A stretch of DNA of 64,000 nt from Blastocladiella emersonii ATCC 22665 (taxonomy: Eukaryota; Fungi; Blastocladiomycota), in contig JANHCV010000006.1 of NCBI GenBank assembly GCA_025594325.1, positions 1,302,001 through 1,366,000 on the forward strand, written 5' to 3'. Below, piece by piece: positions 35,054 through 46,868 of the stretch. A program made the translations under genes and the position numbers. The notes under the pieces were generated by a model. That model was not told where the DNA came from. It worked only from the letters and a program-made list of their open reading frames with translations, and ran no database searches. Position 1 is the first letter of the stretch. Each line of letters starts with the position of its first letter.

Positions 35054-35750
35054 GTCCTGAGGCTAATGGGAGTCGAGGCAGTCAGCACGTACCGACGAGG
35101 TAATTTTAGTGGACATGTTCAATTTGAGCGTTAAAATGTTGATTGCTCTTGCAGAGGAGAGCGGGAGCGGTCGCCAGCGACTCACTGACTGGATTGGTGA
35201 GATGTCGAGCGAGTGCGCTTGCGGCCAGCTGAGCCACCCGTGTGGCGCAACGCGTGATCGGAGCTGTGATCGCGTGCCTCCTCTTCCATCCGCCGATGCG
35301 AAGTGTGCACGTTTAGTTGTCCTTGTCGCATCGCTTCCGAATCAGCGCTTGTGGGTCACCATCGTTCACTTCTCAGACAGTTTCGAGGTTCGCGGAATCC
35401 TTGCGTGCCCTGCATCTCGCTCAACGCGAGCTTCGCAGCTGCCCGAACCTGTTTGCCACCGATACTCAGCGCACGTTTCGTCCACGGCCGTACGGCCAGG
35501 CTCATGCCCAGGGTTGTGAGGTGATCTCCATCATCCGCGCGCGACAACGTTGCAAGCGCAATGATGCGAGTCCGTCAATACGGCTCAACTGCGCGCGACA
35601 AGAAGGTTGATACAAATCGATTTCTTCAAGTACAATTGCAATGCAAACATTCAAAAACGGTGGGGAGGAGAGGGTAGAAGAATCACAAGTGATGCGAGGT
35701 GGAGGGGACACTACAGCTACGCGAACAGCAACGACACTGTCCAAGCGCAC

Positions 35751-37490
35751 TTAGTGCAGCTCGTCATGTGGGTCCTGGCCCTGCTGCTGTGCTGGGGTGA
35801 GCTTGATCATGTCGTCGATGCGGAGGATCGAGATGGCGGCCTCGGTGGCGGCCTTGAGCGACTTGATCTTGGACATGGCGGGCTCGAGGACACCGGCCTT
35901 CATGTTGTCGCGGATCTCGCCCTTGATCAGGTCGAGCCCGTACGCCTTGAGCGCACGCTTGGCCTCGTTGGCGCCCGGCTGCTGCGACAGCGCGTGGTAC
36001 GCGCACAGCTTGGCGACCAGGTCCGTCGAGTCCTTGGCCGCGTTGACGGCGAGCTGCTTGGGGATCACCAGGAGCGCCTGGGCAAACTCGGCAATGGCGA
36101 GCTGCTCGCGCGTCGACAGCGTGGTGGCAAAGTTCTCGAGGTAAATGGAGAGCGCCGACTCGACGGCGCCGCCGCCGGGGACGACCGCGCCCGACTCGAG
36201 CGTGCGCTTGACGACGCACAGCGAGTCGTGCAGGGACCGCTCCATCTCGTCGAGCATGTAGTCGTTGGCGCCGCGCAGGATGATGGAGGCGGCCGACTGG
36301 GCCTTGCACCCGCGCACGATGATGCACTCGTCGTCCGAGATGCGCTCCTGGGTGACCGACTCGGCGGACCCGAGGTAGCTGGCCTCGAACGTCTCCTCGC
36401 CCTCGAGGTTGGCGAGCGTGGACAGGAGCGTGGCGCCCGTGGCCTTGGCGATGCGCTTCATGTCCTCCTTGGCGACGCGGCGGACGGCCATGGCGCCGCG
36501 CTCGACGAAATACTTGAGGCACATGTCGTCGATGCCCTTGGTGGTGAGCACCACGTTGGCGCCGGCGGCGAGGATCTTCTCGATGCGCTCGGCGGTGATG
36601 TCGGCCTCGCGCTTGCGGATGGCCTCGAGCTGCGACGGGTCGTCGATGACGACGTGGACGCCGAGGTGCATGCGGGCCTTCATGAGGTTGATGTCGAGGC
36701 ACGCAATCTTGGCGCCGGTGACCTTGGTGGGCATGGCCTGCGACGCGATGGTGCAGTTGAGGGCGTAGCCGTTGATGAAGAGCGACTCCTTGGACGACTT
36801 GCCGTGGGCCTTGAGGATGTTGACGGCCTTGACGGGGTACTTGGTCTCCCCCCTCGCGTTGGTGTTCTTGACGGTGAGCATGGCGTCGACGACCATCTTG
36901 GAGAAGAAGTCGTCCTCGGGGCCAATGATCTTGGACGACATGGAGGTCTTGGCGGCGTTGATGAGGCAGTCGCGGCCGAGCGTGTCGACCTGGGTGGACA
37001 GCTGCTCGATGATGTACTTGCACGCCTCCTTGACGGCGAGGCGGAAGCCCGTGATGATGGTGGTCGGGTGGATGCGGTTCTTGATCAGCTCGTTGGCGAG
37101 CTTGAGCAGCTCGGCGGCCACGATCACGACCGAGGTGGTGCCGTCGCCCACCTCTTTGTCCTGCTGCTGGGCGAGCTCGACCAGCACCTTGGCGGCCGGG
37201 TGCTCGACCTCGAGCAGGCGCAGGATGGTGGCGCCGTCGTTGGAGATGGTCACGTCGCCAATGTCGTCGACGAGCATCTTGTCGAGGCCGACGGGGCCGA
37301 GCGACGTCTTGACGATGTTGGCGACCGAGCACGCGGCGAGCACTATACGTAAGGGGTGGGGGTGGGGAGTGAGCACGCGTCGTCGCGAGTGGGCGTGAGA
37401 GGGCGGCGTACCGTTCTGGGCGCGCACATCCTGACCGCTGGTGCGCTCACCGCCGATGCTGAGGGCCGTGGTCTGGTCCTTGGGGGCCAT
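35751..37490 (-). CDS. CCT1: Chaperonin CCT/TRiC alpha subunit, intron 37343-37411
   Basis: [92 protein letters not shown]. Confidence 0.97.
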   Translation of the reverse strand: MAPKDQTTALSIGGERTSGQDVRAQNGTPPSHAHSRRRVLTPHPHPLRIVLAACSVANIVKTSLGPVGLDKMLVDDIGDVTISNDGATILRLLEVEHPAAKVLVELAQQQDKEVGDGTTSVVIVAAELLKLANELIKNRIHPTTIITGFRLAVKEACKYIIEQLSTQVDTLGRDCLINAAKTSMSSKIIGPEDDFFSKMVVDAMLTVKNTNARGETKYPVKAVNILKAHGKSSKESLFINGYALNCTIASQAMPTKVTGAKIACLDINLMKARMHLGVHVVIDDPSQLEAIRKREADITAERIEKILAAGANVVLTTKGIDDMCLKYFVERGAMAVRRVAKEDMKRIAKATGATLLSTLANLEGEETFEASYLGSAESVTQERISDDECIIVRGCKAQSAASIILRGANDYMLDEMERSLHDSLCVVKRTLESGAVVPGGGAVESALSIYLENFATTLSTREQLAIAEFAQALLVIPKQLAVNAAKDSTDLVAKLCAYHALSQQPGANEAKRALKAYGLDLIKGEIRDNMKAGVLEPAMSKIKSLKAATEAAISILRIDDMIKLTPAQQQGQDPHDELH

Positions 37491-38012
37491 GGTATCGAAT
37501 CTGCGGGGACAGGGGGCGCGGCGCCGGTCGTTAGAACGCGTGATCCGAGCGATCCCTTCAGACGCGGCTGCCACCGCCGCTTCGGGAGGAGATTTCCGTC
37601 GTCGTAGTCGTGGCGGCGTGGTTGATACATGTATAGGGCGCGCCCATGGCGCGAGAAGCAGATTCCATGGGACCTGCCCTGATCTCCCCCTCCCGCGGCG
37701 GCGGCAGCAGCAGCACAGTGCCGCGTAGTTGATGCGTGGTCGATACGTTACGTGTGTTCCGTGAGGTCTGATCCACGGTTAACGGGCCAGCTGGGGAGCG
37801 TGAGGGAGAGCGCGTTGCCGCGTGTCTGAGGCGAGGCGGGCGGGGAACCAGTCTCCCACGGGCGCGCCAGGGGGGCGCGCGCCCACACGCTCACGCGCCG
37901 CGGGCAGCAGAGACGGCGAGGGAAGCGTCGATCACCTCACGCCGCCGACCTGCCACTCGCATCACCCCGCACGCTCGAATGAACCACCGCGCTTTATTCT
38001 ATTTCTCCCGTC

Positions 38013-39231
38013 TCACACACGTTCCAGGTCGCGCGTCACGGCGCCGCACCGGAGACACGGGAACCCGATCTCCTCCCCCTCCCCTTCTTCTCCCTTAACC
38101 CCATCCCCGCCCTCCCCCTCCCCCTCCCCAATCGCCGCCGCCGCCCCCGCCTCCTCGGCGCGCCGCGCCTCGGCGCACACGTAGCAGTACGTGCACCCGC
38201 ACGTCCCGCGGACGGGCATCGTGGCGCGGCACCGCGCGAGGAGGTCCGTGTCGGCGACGGCAGTCCCCGCGTTCGCCTGGAACTGCGGCAGCGCCGCGAA
38301 GCACGACGCGCACACGGCGGCGGGGAGCGACTGCAGCGCGCGCTGCTGCCGCAGTTTTGCCGCGCCGCCGACCACGGCGTCGAAGACGCGCGATAGCGCG
38401 GGTGACCGGCGCAAGGCGCGGCGGGCGACGGGGCGCAGCGCGCGGTAGATGGGTAGCGCGAACAGGAGGAATTCCTACACTCGCGCTATGTGGTCAGCGC
38501 GTCTCCTCCCCTCTCACCGCACAAAGACGTACCGTGAACGCGTTCCACAACACCTGCCGGTGAAGAAACGCAAACGAGACCTTCCGCTGCGCGGCCGCGG
38601 CGACGGGCACCGCCTGGATCGCGAGCACGCGGTCGACGGGCGACCGGTACCTCCCCGTGGCGAGGAACCGGAGCAGGTTGACGAGCACGACCGCGTTCCA
38701 CGCGGGTTCCGCGCGCCGCGCCCACCGCCACGCGCGCGCGCGCCACGAGTCCGCGGGCGCGTCCGCCCACCGCGCCGCGGCCATGTGCGCCGCCAGCTTC
38801 GTCCACACGTACGGCGCGCCGACGGTGAGCACAATGTACGCGGCGATGTGGGTGCGGGAGAGGGTGGAGGCGGCGGCAGCGTGTGAGATCGAGTGTGTCG
38901 TAGGGACCTCGCCCCGCGGGAGCGCCTGGTACCGCAGGTTCTGCAGCCGCAGCCCGTACGTGGCGCCCGTCCGCCCGAGCGAAAGGACAAGGAGGACGAG
39001 CTGCAGCGCCGCGTCGAGCTCGGCCGAGAAGCGAGACTTGAGCGGGGTCTACGTTGCGGGATCGTCACACATTCGTTCATTCTCGCATCCCGCCCACCGT
39101 ATCCGTACGGTGAAGAGCGACAGAGCATCGTCGAGCTGCTCGCGCAGCAGACCCAGGATCTGCGCGTCGAGCAGCGCCGCGTCCAGCTGCCCGACGCGCG
39201 GCAGCGCGACTCGTTGCATCAGGACGTTCAT
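38013..39231 (-). CDS. PEX2: Peroxisomal RING peroxin Pex2, 2 or more introns
   Basis: RVGQLDAALLD, ATYGLRLQNLRY, NLLRFLATGRYRSPVDRVL, VSFAFLHRQVLWNAFT|EFLLF, C-terminal RING (CASC…CGCTYCYVC…CLRC). Confidence 0.88.
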
Positions 39232-39432
39232 GGTGTTGCAGCAGTGTGGTTCAGTTTACATGGGCAGCCAGCGGCTGTTGAGGGGAGAGCGATCGGAGAG
39301 GAGAGGGTCGGCTCGAGGCGCAGCGCCACTACGCCGGGCCGAAGCCGGCGACCACGGCCATGGCGTCACTGAACCGAGCGACCACCGACGAGAATGGAGA
39401 CTAAGAGACACGTATATACCAACAAACCGAGC

Positions 39433-42400
39433 TCAGCCAAACGTCTGGCTGACGCGCCCGTAGCGCTTCTGCTTGGACAGGCGCCACGAGTCCTTTTCCT
39501 CGTACTTGTTGTAGAGGGGCTCGACCTTCTCCTTGAGCTTGCGCTTAGACATGTGGGCGGGGTTAGCGACGCGGAAGAAGTTGGGCGCGACCTCGGCGAG
39601 CCACTTGCCCTCGATGGCCGTGACCTCGCGCATGTACTCCTTGGTGGTCATGACGAGCTCGTGGTAGATGACCCACTCGGGGTTCTTGTTGAAGAGCGCC
39701 GAGCTCGGGTGGATGTAGACGGGCGTTCCCTCGACGAGCGTCTTGTACCCCTCCTGCGGGTCCTTTTTCGCCGCGTGCGCAAAGAACCCGGAGCAGATGG
39801 CCTTGCGGACGACCGAGTAGTTGCGCCCGCAGCTGATCACGTCCTGGCGGTACCGGTCCATGATCCCGACCATCTGCTTGCGCACGTCGAGCGCGCGCTT
39901 CATGGTGCGCGCCTGGATGTAGTTGTCGTAGCACCACGGGTTCGAGAAGTTGCTCGCCTTCCACGCGTTGTAGACCGTCAGCAGCGTGAGGTGGTCGCCC
40001 TCGGGCTGGTTGAACCGCGCCTTCTTCTGGTCGGCCACCTGCTGCTTGTCCTTGGGCCGGAAGAAGACGTTCTGCACCGACAGCATCGCCACGATCGTCA
40101 AAATCTCCTCGGAGCACTTGAGGTCGACCGACAGCAGCAGCATCTTGGCGAGCGGCGGCTCGAGCGGGAACTCGGCCATCTTGCGCCCGATGCGCGTGAG
40201 CAGGCCCTCGCTGTCGAGCGCCGACAGCGCGTACAGGTTCTCGAGCGCCGTGATGAGCGTCTGCGCGGGCGGCGGGTCCATGAAGTCGAAGTGGATCAGG
40301 TCGTTGATCCCCATGGCCTTGAGCTTGAGCACGGTGCCCGCGAGGTTGGTCCGCTGGATCTCGGGCACCGTGTTGGGCAGCATCTCGTTGCGGTACGCCG
40401 ACTCCGTGTACAGGCGGTAGCACTTGCCCGGGCCCGTCCGCCCGGCGCGACCCGCACGCTGCCGCGCCTGCGCCTGCGAGATGGGCACGACGATGAGCGA
40501 GTCCATGCCGAGCTTCGGGTCGTACGCGTTCTGCTTGACGAACCCGGGGTCGACCACGTAGAAGATGCCGTCGATGGTGAGCGAGGTCTCGGCGATGTTG
40601 GTCGCGATCACCACCTTGCGGCTGCCGGGCGGCGCCGGGTCGAAGATGCGCGACTGCATCTCGGACGGCAGCGCAGAGTACACGGGCAGCACGATCAGCT
40701 CGGGCACCTGCGGGCCGAGCGCCTTCATGCGCTCGAACAGCGTCTCGGCGGCGTTGTCGATCTCCTCCTGGCCCGTCAGGAACAGCAGGATGTCGCCGGG
40801 CGGCTCCTGGATGTGGATCTGCATGATGGCCGTGAGCGACGCCTCGAGGTAGTCGGACTCGGGCTCCTTGGTGTACAGGATCTCGACGGGGAACGTGCGC
40901 CCGGGGATCGTGAAGATCGGGCACGAGTAGAAGTACGACGAGAACTTGTCGGCGTCGAGCGTGGCCGACGTCACGATGATCTTGAGGTCGGGCCGCGCCT
41001 GCACCGTCTTCTTGAGCAGCCCGAACAGCACGTCCGTGTTGACGGTGCGCTCGTGGGCCTCGTCGAGCACGATCACCGAGTACTTGGTCATGTCCTGGTC
41101 GTCGAGGCACTCGCGCAGCAGCATACCCTCGGTCATGTACTTGATCTTGGTGGCCGGCGACGTGCAGTCCTCGAATCGGATCGTGTACCCGACCTCGTCG
41201 CCGAGCGCGCACCCGACCTCCTCGGCGACACGCTTCGCGACCGACATGGCGGCGACACGGCGCGGCTGCGTGCACCCGATCATACCGGAGCGCGCAAACC
41301 CCTCCTCGAGCAGGTACTGGGTCATCTGGGTCGTCTTGCCGGACCCCGTGTCGCCGACGACGATGAGGATCTGGTTGTCGCGGACGGCCTGGACGAGGTC
41401 GTCGCGCAGCTTGAAGACGGGGAGCGACCGGCGCTGCTCGGTGATGGACATGCTGGTGATCTTGCCGAGCGTGCCCGAGTTGAGGTACGCCTTCTTCCAC
41501 TCGGGCATGACGGGCGCGCCCTGCTGCCCACCGCGCTGCCCGACACTGCCGAACCGGTCGGCGGCGCCCGCGACGCCCGCGGCCATGGCGCGCATCGGGT
41601 CGTCCCACGCCTGGCCCTCCTCGTTGCGCTTGGCCGCCTCCTCCTCGGCCTGCTGCTGGCGCAGCTCGCGGCGCAGCTTGGCCTGCTCGACGCTGGCGAC
41701 GGCGGCCCGGTTGAGCGACCCGTCGGGCGCCTTGACGATCTTGACGGGCGACAGCTGTATCGTGAGCTTAGTCTGCCCGCGCAGGAACTGCGGCTCCTCC
41801 TCGCGGATCTCAATGTCGACGTCCTCCTCGGGGTCGTGCTGGACCGCGCGCCCGGGCTGGTCCTGCTCGGCGTCAAAGTCGGGGTACTCGCGCGGGTCGA
41901 GCACGCCCGCCGCCATGAGCTGCTTGAGCTCGAACCGCTCGGCCGACGACAGGCGTTTCGCGGAGCGGAAGTTGGACGCGGAGCCCGTTGCCGGCGCACC
42001 ACCACCAGCGGGCCCGTCGAACTGCTCGCGGAACCGCTTCCGGGCGCGCCCGCGCTCCTCCTCCTCCTCGAGCTCGCGCTGGGTCTTGACGCGCAGGTGC
42101 GGGGTGAGGTCGGCGCCCGTTTTTTGATCGACGTCCTTCATGGACAGGGAGATGCGCGATGCGCCGATCGACATGACCTTGACCCAGACGGGCTGGTTCT
42201 TCCTGACGAGCTCGGCCGGGTCGGCGATGCGGGCGTTGCTCAGCATGCTGATGTGCACCATGCCCTCGATCGACCCGCGCACGCCGTCGAGCTGCACGAA
42301 CACGCCAAAGTCGCGCACGTTGAGCGCGCGCCCGCGGTAGATCTTGTACTGCACGGGCGCGTCGTCGATGCTCGGGGACCGGCGGCGTCTATATGCGGTT

Positions 42401-43094
42401 TGAGGGAGGGTGTGAGCGATGGGACGGGTACGGGTAGGGTTGAAAGTGAGGCGTACTTGTTGCCGCGCTCCGAATCGCGGTCGCCAAACCGTCCACGGTC
42501 CTGGTCGCGGCCGTTTCCGTATCCGCGGTCGCGGTCGTACCCGCGGGGCGGCGAGCGCGACCGGCGGCGCGAGCGCGGCGACCGCGAGCGGGATCGAGAC
42601 CGACGGCGGCGGTGGTCGTCGTCATCGCCTCTCCTTGCCGGCGGCGCAGCACGCGGGTCACGCGCGCGAGCCTCCATGGCACGGAGCACGTCGTCGACCT
42701 CGTCCTCCTCGACAACGGCGTCGAGGTCCGCGGCGCGCTTGGAGCGCCACGCGCTGTCGTTGGCCATGGCGAGGCCGGGGAATTTGGCTGCGTCGAGTGC
42801 GGGGCGGCCGCCGACGGGTTTGGCGAGGGCGGCGGCGGCGCGCTGCTTCTTGTAGGTCGGGTTGAGGGCGTTGATGAGGCGCGACAGCGAGTCGATGAGG
42901 GCGTCCGAGAAGCCGGCGCTGGCGTCGTCGAGCAGGCGCTTGAACTCGGCGCGGCTGCCTTTCGACTCCTCGTGCAGCGCGATGATGAACTCGGCCAGGT
43001 CCTTGTCCGACATGGCCAGGTGGTTGGCCAGCTCCGTCTCGACCTTGGACACGAGCGCTAGCTTCTCGAGCTCCTCGAGGTCCTTGCTGCTCAT
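39433..43094 (-). CDS. PRP22: Spliceosomal DEAH helicase Prp22/DHX8 with S1 domain, 1 intron at about 42357-42454
   Basis: [17 protein letters not shown]-rich segment, S1 domain (FGVFVQL…GMVHIS), [39 protein letters not shown]-terminus. Confidence 0.96.
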
Positions 43095-43358
43095 CGTGGG
43101 CGTGCGGCGGATGGAGCAAGGCAGCGGGTGCGTAAGGACGGCGCGAGGGCGATGCAGCAAGTCCCGCAGTTGTTGATTCGTAGCGTGCTTCGTCTACGGG
43201 GAGGGAGGGTGAGCTCGCCGAACGAGCGGCCTCGACCGCCGCGCGCCTCGCATCAGCTGATTGATGGTCGCCGAAATCCAAGACGCGTCTCGCATCCCAC
43301 GTCGTCGCTCGAACGCTCAAAACCAGCCTGTGGGTGTCAAAAAAGAGTTGAATGCACA

Positions 43359-44934
43359 CTATTTCCTGCGAAAGAACGAGTCAATCGACCGCACCGCCGG
43401 CTTGGCGGGCGCGAGCTTGCCCTTGGCCCCCGCCGCCGGCTTCGTCATGCCCTCGGACAGCAGGTCGAGCGCCTTGGACGAGAACCCGGGCACGCGTCTC
43501 CGTGGTGGCGGCGCGACGGGGAGCGGCGTCGCGATGGGGATCGGGTCGCCGGTGCCAAAGATGGGCAGCGAGCCCGTGGGCGTGGCCGCGGGGACAGGGG
43601 CGGGCGTCGTGGCGGCCGCGTCGAGCAGGTCCAGGAGGTCGCCGTCGTCCTCGGGCTCCTCGGCGAGCAGGCCGTACAGGTCGTCGTTGCTGCTGGTGTA
43701 CTCGGGCGCGCGGGTCACGGCGGCGGGCGCGGGCGCGTGCGTGATGGTCTCGGACGTGGTGCGGGACAGGCGCCGCCGCTTGGCCGCAGGTGCGAGCGCC
43801 GGTGGCGCGGGAGCGGGCGTAGAGGGGAGCTGCGGGGTCTCGTTGGGCGCGGTACCGCTGGCGCCCTGCAGCTCCTGGACGCGGCGCTGCAGCTTCTGCG
43901 AGCTGAGAAAGTAGCGCGCCGACTTTTCGCTCTCCTCGCGCAGCCGCTTCGCGGTCGCCTCCTTGGTCTCCACGGCCGCACTACATTGACGAGAGGAGTT
44001 AGCGGACGAATGGGAATCGATCCAATGAAGTAACGCACGTCAGCTCGCTCCGCAGCTCCGCATTCTCGCCGACGACGCCCGAATGCGCGACGCGGAGGTC
44101 CGCGAGCTCGGCCTTGAGCAAAGCGACCGTCTCCTCGTGCTCGCGCGCCATCTGCGCCGTCTTGCGCTCGTGGTCGACCATGAGCTTCTTGACCTTGGCC
44201 TTGTACCGGTCCTTGGTCTCCTTCTGGTCGCGGTCGAACTGCTCGATGCGCAGTTTCCGGGTCTCGGCCTCGGCCTTGGCGACGGCGAGCTCGTCGGTCG
44301 CCTTCTTGTGGTCGAGCTCGAGCAGCCGCAGCTGCCGCTGCGCGTCCCGCGCGACCTGCTGCAGCGACGCCTCGTCGCCGGGCAGCGCTGGCTCGACCTG
44401 CGTGCCGGGCGCCGGACCGTCAATGTAGATGGCCTGCATCCGCACACCCTGCTTTCGGCACATGTGGCACGCCTTGCGCGGGCGCACCCAGCCCTCGGCA
44501 CATCTGCGGACGGCGAACGGCGGACGGCGGGGTCAGCAGCGGGTCGCGGGACGAGGTCGGGCTGTGAGAACGCACTCTTTGTGCAGGATGTGCCCGCATG
44601 AGAGCGCGACCATGGTGTGCGTGTACGGCTCGAGGCAGACGCTGCATCCCGGGATTCCCTGGCACGAGTCGGGCTCTGCTTCTGCAGGGTCATCGGCCGG
44701 CTCGGCGGCTGCGTCGGCGGCTCCGTCGGCTTCCGCACCCGCCGACGCTGGTCCTGGCGCGGGTGCTGGTGGGCGCCCTCGCCTTCTTGCCCGCGGTTGA
44801 ACTATTGGCCCATAAAACGATGACAGCCCTGCTTCGTAGAAGGCATCGAGACCAACGCCGGAACCGTCCACACTCGTGGCGGCGTCGCCTTCCCCGTTCC
44901 CTGCTGCTCGGTTGCGTAATGCATTGGTAAACAT
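43359..44934 (-). CDS. RING-H2 + coiled-coil E3 ligase, TRAIP-like, 2 introns (start uncertain)
   Basis: Spliced RING CSVCLEPYTHTMVALSCGHILHKECAEGWVRPRKACHMC, then a coiled coil, ending SIDSFFRRK (PIP-box-like). Confidence 0.7.
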
Positions 44935-45148
44935 TGTGATGCATAGAGTGTCAGTCAAGTCTACATTGCTCTCAGAGGGGACGTGGAGAGCGCATCGAGA
45001 GAGCGAGCGAGCCGAGTTGGAAGCCGCGACGGCGTGCAGCCAGCGCGACCGCTGCCGACCAACTCGTCGCCCTCCTTCTCCCCCTCTCGCCTTGACCGCG
45101 ACTCTGACCCTCCTTTGCAACGTATCAAACTCGGCGCAACCGGCCGCC

Positions 45149-46757
45149 ATGTCCGAGAACGGCGAAGTGATTGACGCGACGGCGTCGGGCCCGGTGACCC
45201 CGGCCGCCGTCAACGAGAACCTCGGCTACCACATCAAGCGCGGCGACTACCGCGCCGTCGCACAGACCATCAAGCTCAACTCGAACGTCGCCGTCGACTT
45301 GCTCGAGTCCGAGGCGTTTGACGAGGTGGGTGTGGATCGCGCTCGACGTCGGCCCAGCGCGCTGACCCTTCGCCGCCGTTCAGGAAGACTACATTGAGCT
45401 GTGCAGCCGCCATGTCCCGCGGCACTGGCAGAAGATTGTCGCGCTGCACTACCAGGTCCTCGGCGCGACGCACCGCGGCGACCTCGCGGCTGCGGTCCAG
45501 CACCAAATGTCGCTGACCTCGTACGTCGCGCTCAGGGACGCGCGCTGCGACCCGCTTTCCTGACTTTTGGGGTGAGTGTAGCGAGTTCCTCTCGGCCGTG
45601 TTCCCGCGGACAACCAACGTTAGCCTGCCCGTGCTGTTCGCGATCCTCGAGAACCTCGGCCAGCTCGCCGTGACCGCCGACTCGGACCTGCGCGCGCAGC
45701 GCCGCCAGTCCGAGTTCCTCAACCGGTCGATGCAGCTGTTCCAGTCGGCGTTTGCCGCGTGCATGGGCGACCGGTACACACTTCGCCACCCGCGCGCCTG
45801 CACTCCCACTCACGCCCCTCACGTCTCTGTAGCTCCGAGAACCCGCGCACGTCCAAAGCGACGGGCGGACTGCGGATCGTCAACATCCAGATGCGCATCT
45901 TTTTCCGCGACGGGCAGACGCAGCTGATCGCCAAGTTGTTCCAGAACGTGGAGCACCGGTTCCGCAACGAGCACTCGTCGCTCGACCTGGCCATGTCGGA
46001 CCTGCTCACGTTCCGGTTCTGGTACGCGCGCGACTGTATCCTCAACGACCAGATCTCGGACGCGCGCCACTGGACCACGTTCATCCTGGAGCGGTGTCCC
46101 GCGGTTCTCAACAAGCACCTCGAGTACGTTTTTGCGCTATCGTACCGCTGGACTGCACTGACTCGGGCCACTGTAGATGGACCCTCCTCATCCACACGTC
46201 GCTCGAGATGGTCCACGGCCGACTGCCAACCGACGTGATCTGGACCAAGTACCCGAGCCTGGCGACCATCTACCGGCCGATCGCCGCCGCGATCCGCGCG
46301 GGGAGCATGCGCGCGTTCGAGCAGCACGTCCAGTCGCCGGCGATCCGCGAGGTGTTTGTCCTGTACAGCCTGGTCGACCTCGTCGACGCGCTGCGGTGGC
46401 TGGTCTTGCGCCGCGCGCTCAAGAAGCTGTTCCTCGTGCGCGACCGCGCGTCGCGGCTCTCGTTCGCCGACTGCCGCACTGCGCTCAAGGTGTCGTCGGG
46501 CACCGCGCCGGAGATGAGCGGGGTCGAGTCGACGCTCGGGATGCTGATCGCCATGGTACGGCCGTGCGCTTGCGTTGACGCGTGACGCGGCTCTCACACT
46601 TGCGTGTGCGTTGTTGTAGGGTCTCATCCGCGGCTACCTGTCGCACGAACACGCGACCGCCGTGCTCAGCAAACAGGACCCTTTCCCGGCCGTCGAAGAC
46701 AAGGTGGTGCGCGCGCTCGAACTCATGGATACGTGGCGGCGGCCCGTGCAGCAGTAA
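45149..46757 (+). CDS. PCI-domain protein (PCID2/Thp1/Csn12-like), multiple introns
   Basis: IVNIQMRIFFR, LTFRFWYAR, HGRLP, IAAAIRAGSMRAFE, VESTLGMLIAM|GLIRGYLSHEHATAVLSKQDPFP (WH end typical of this family). Confidence 0.8.
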
Positions 46758-46868
46758 TACTACAACTACTACGTTACGTTCCACATTGACGTCTTGGGAT
46801 GGGTGAGATGGGTTACAAAAACGGTCAGGTCTAGTATTATGTACAGATTCTTGGTCGGTCCGTCCGTC

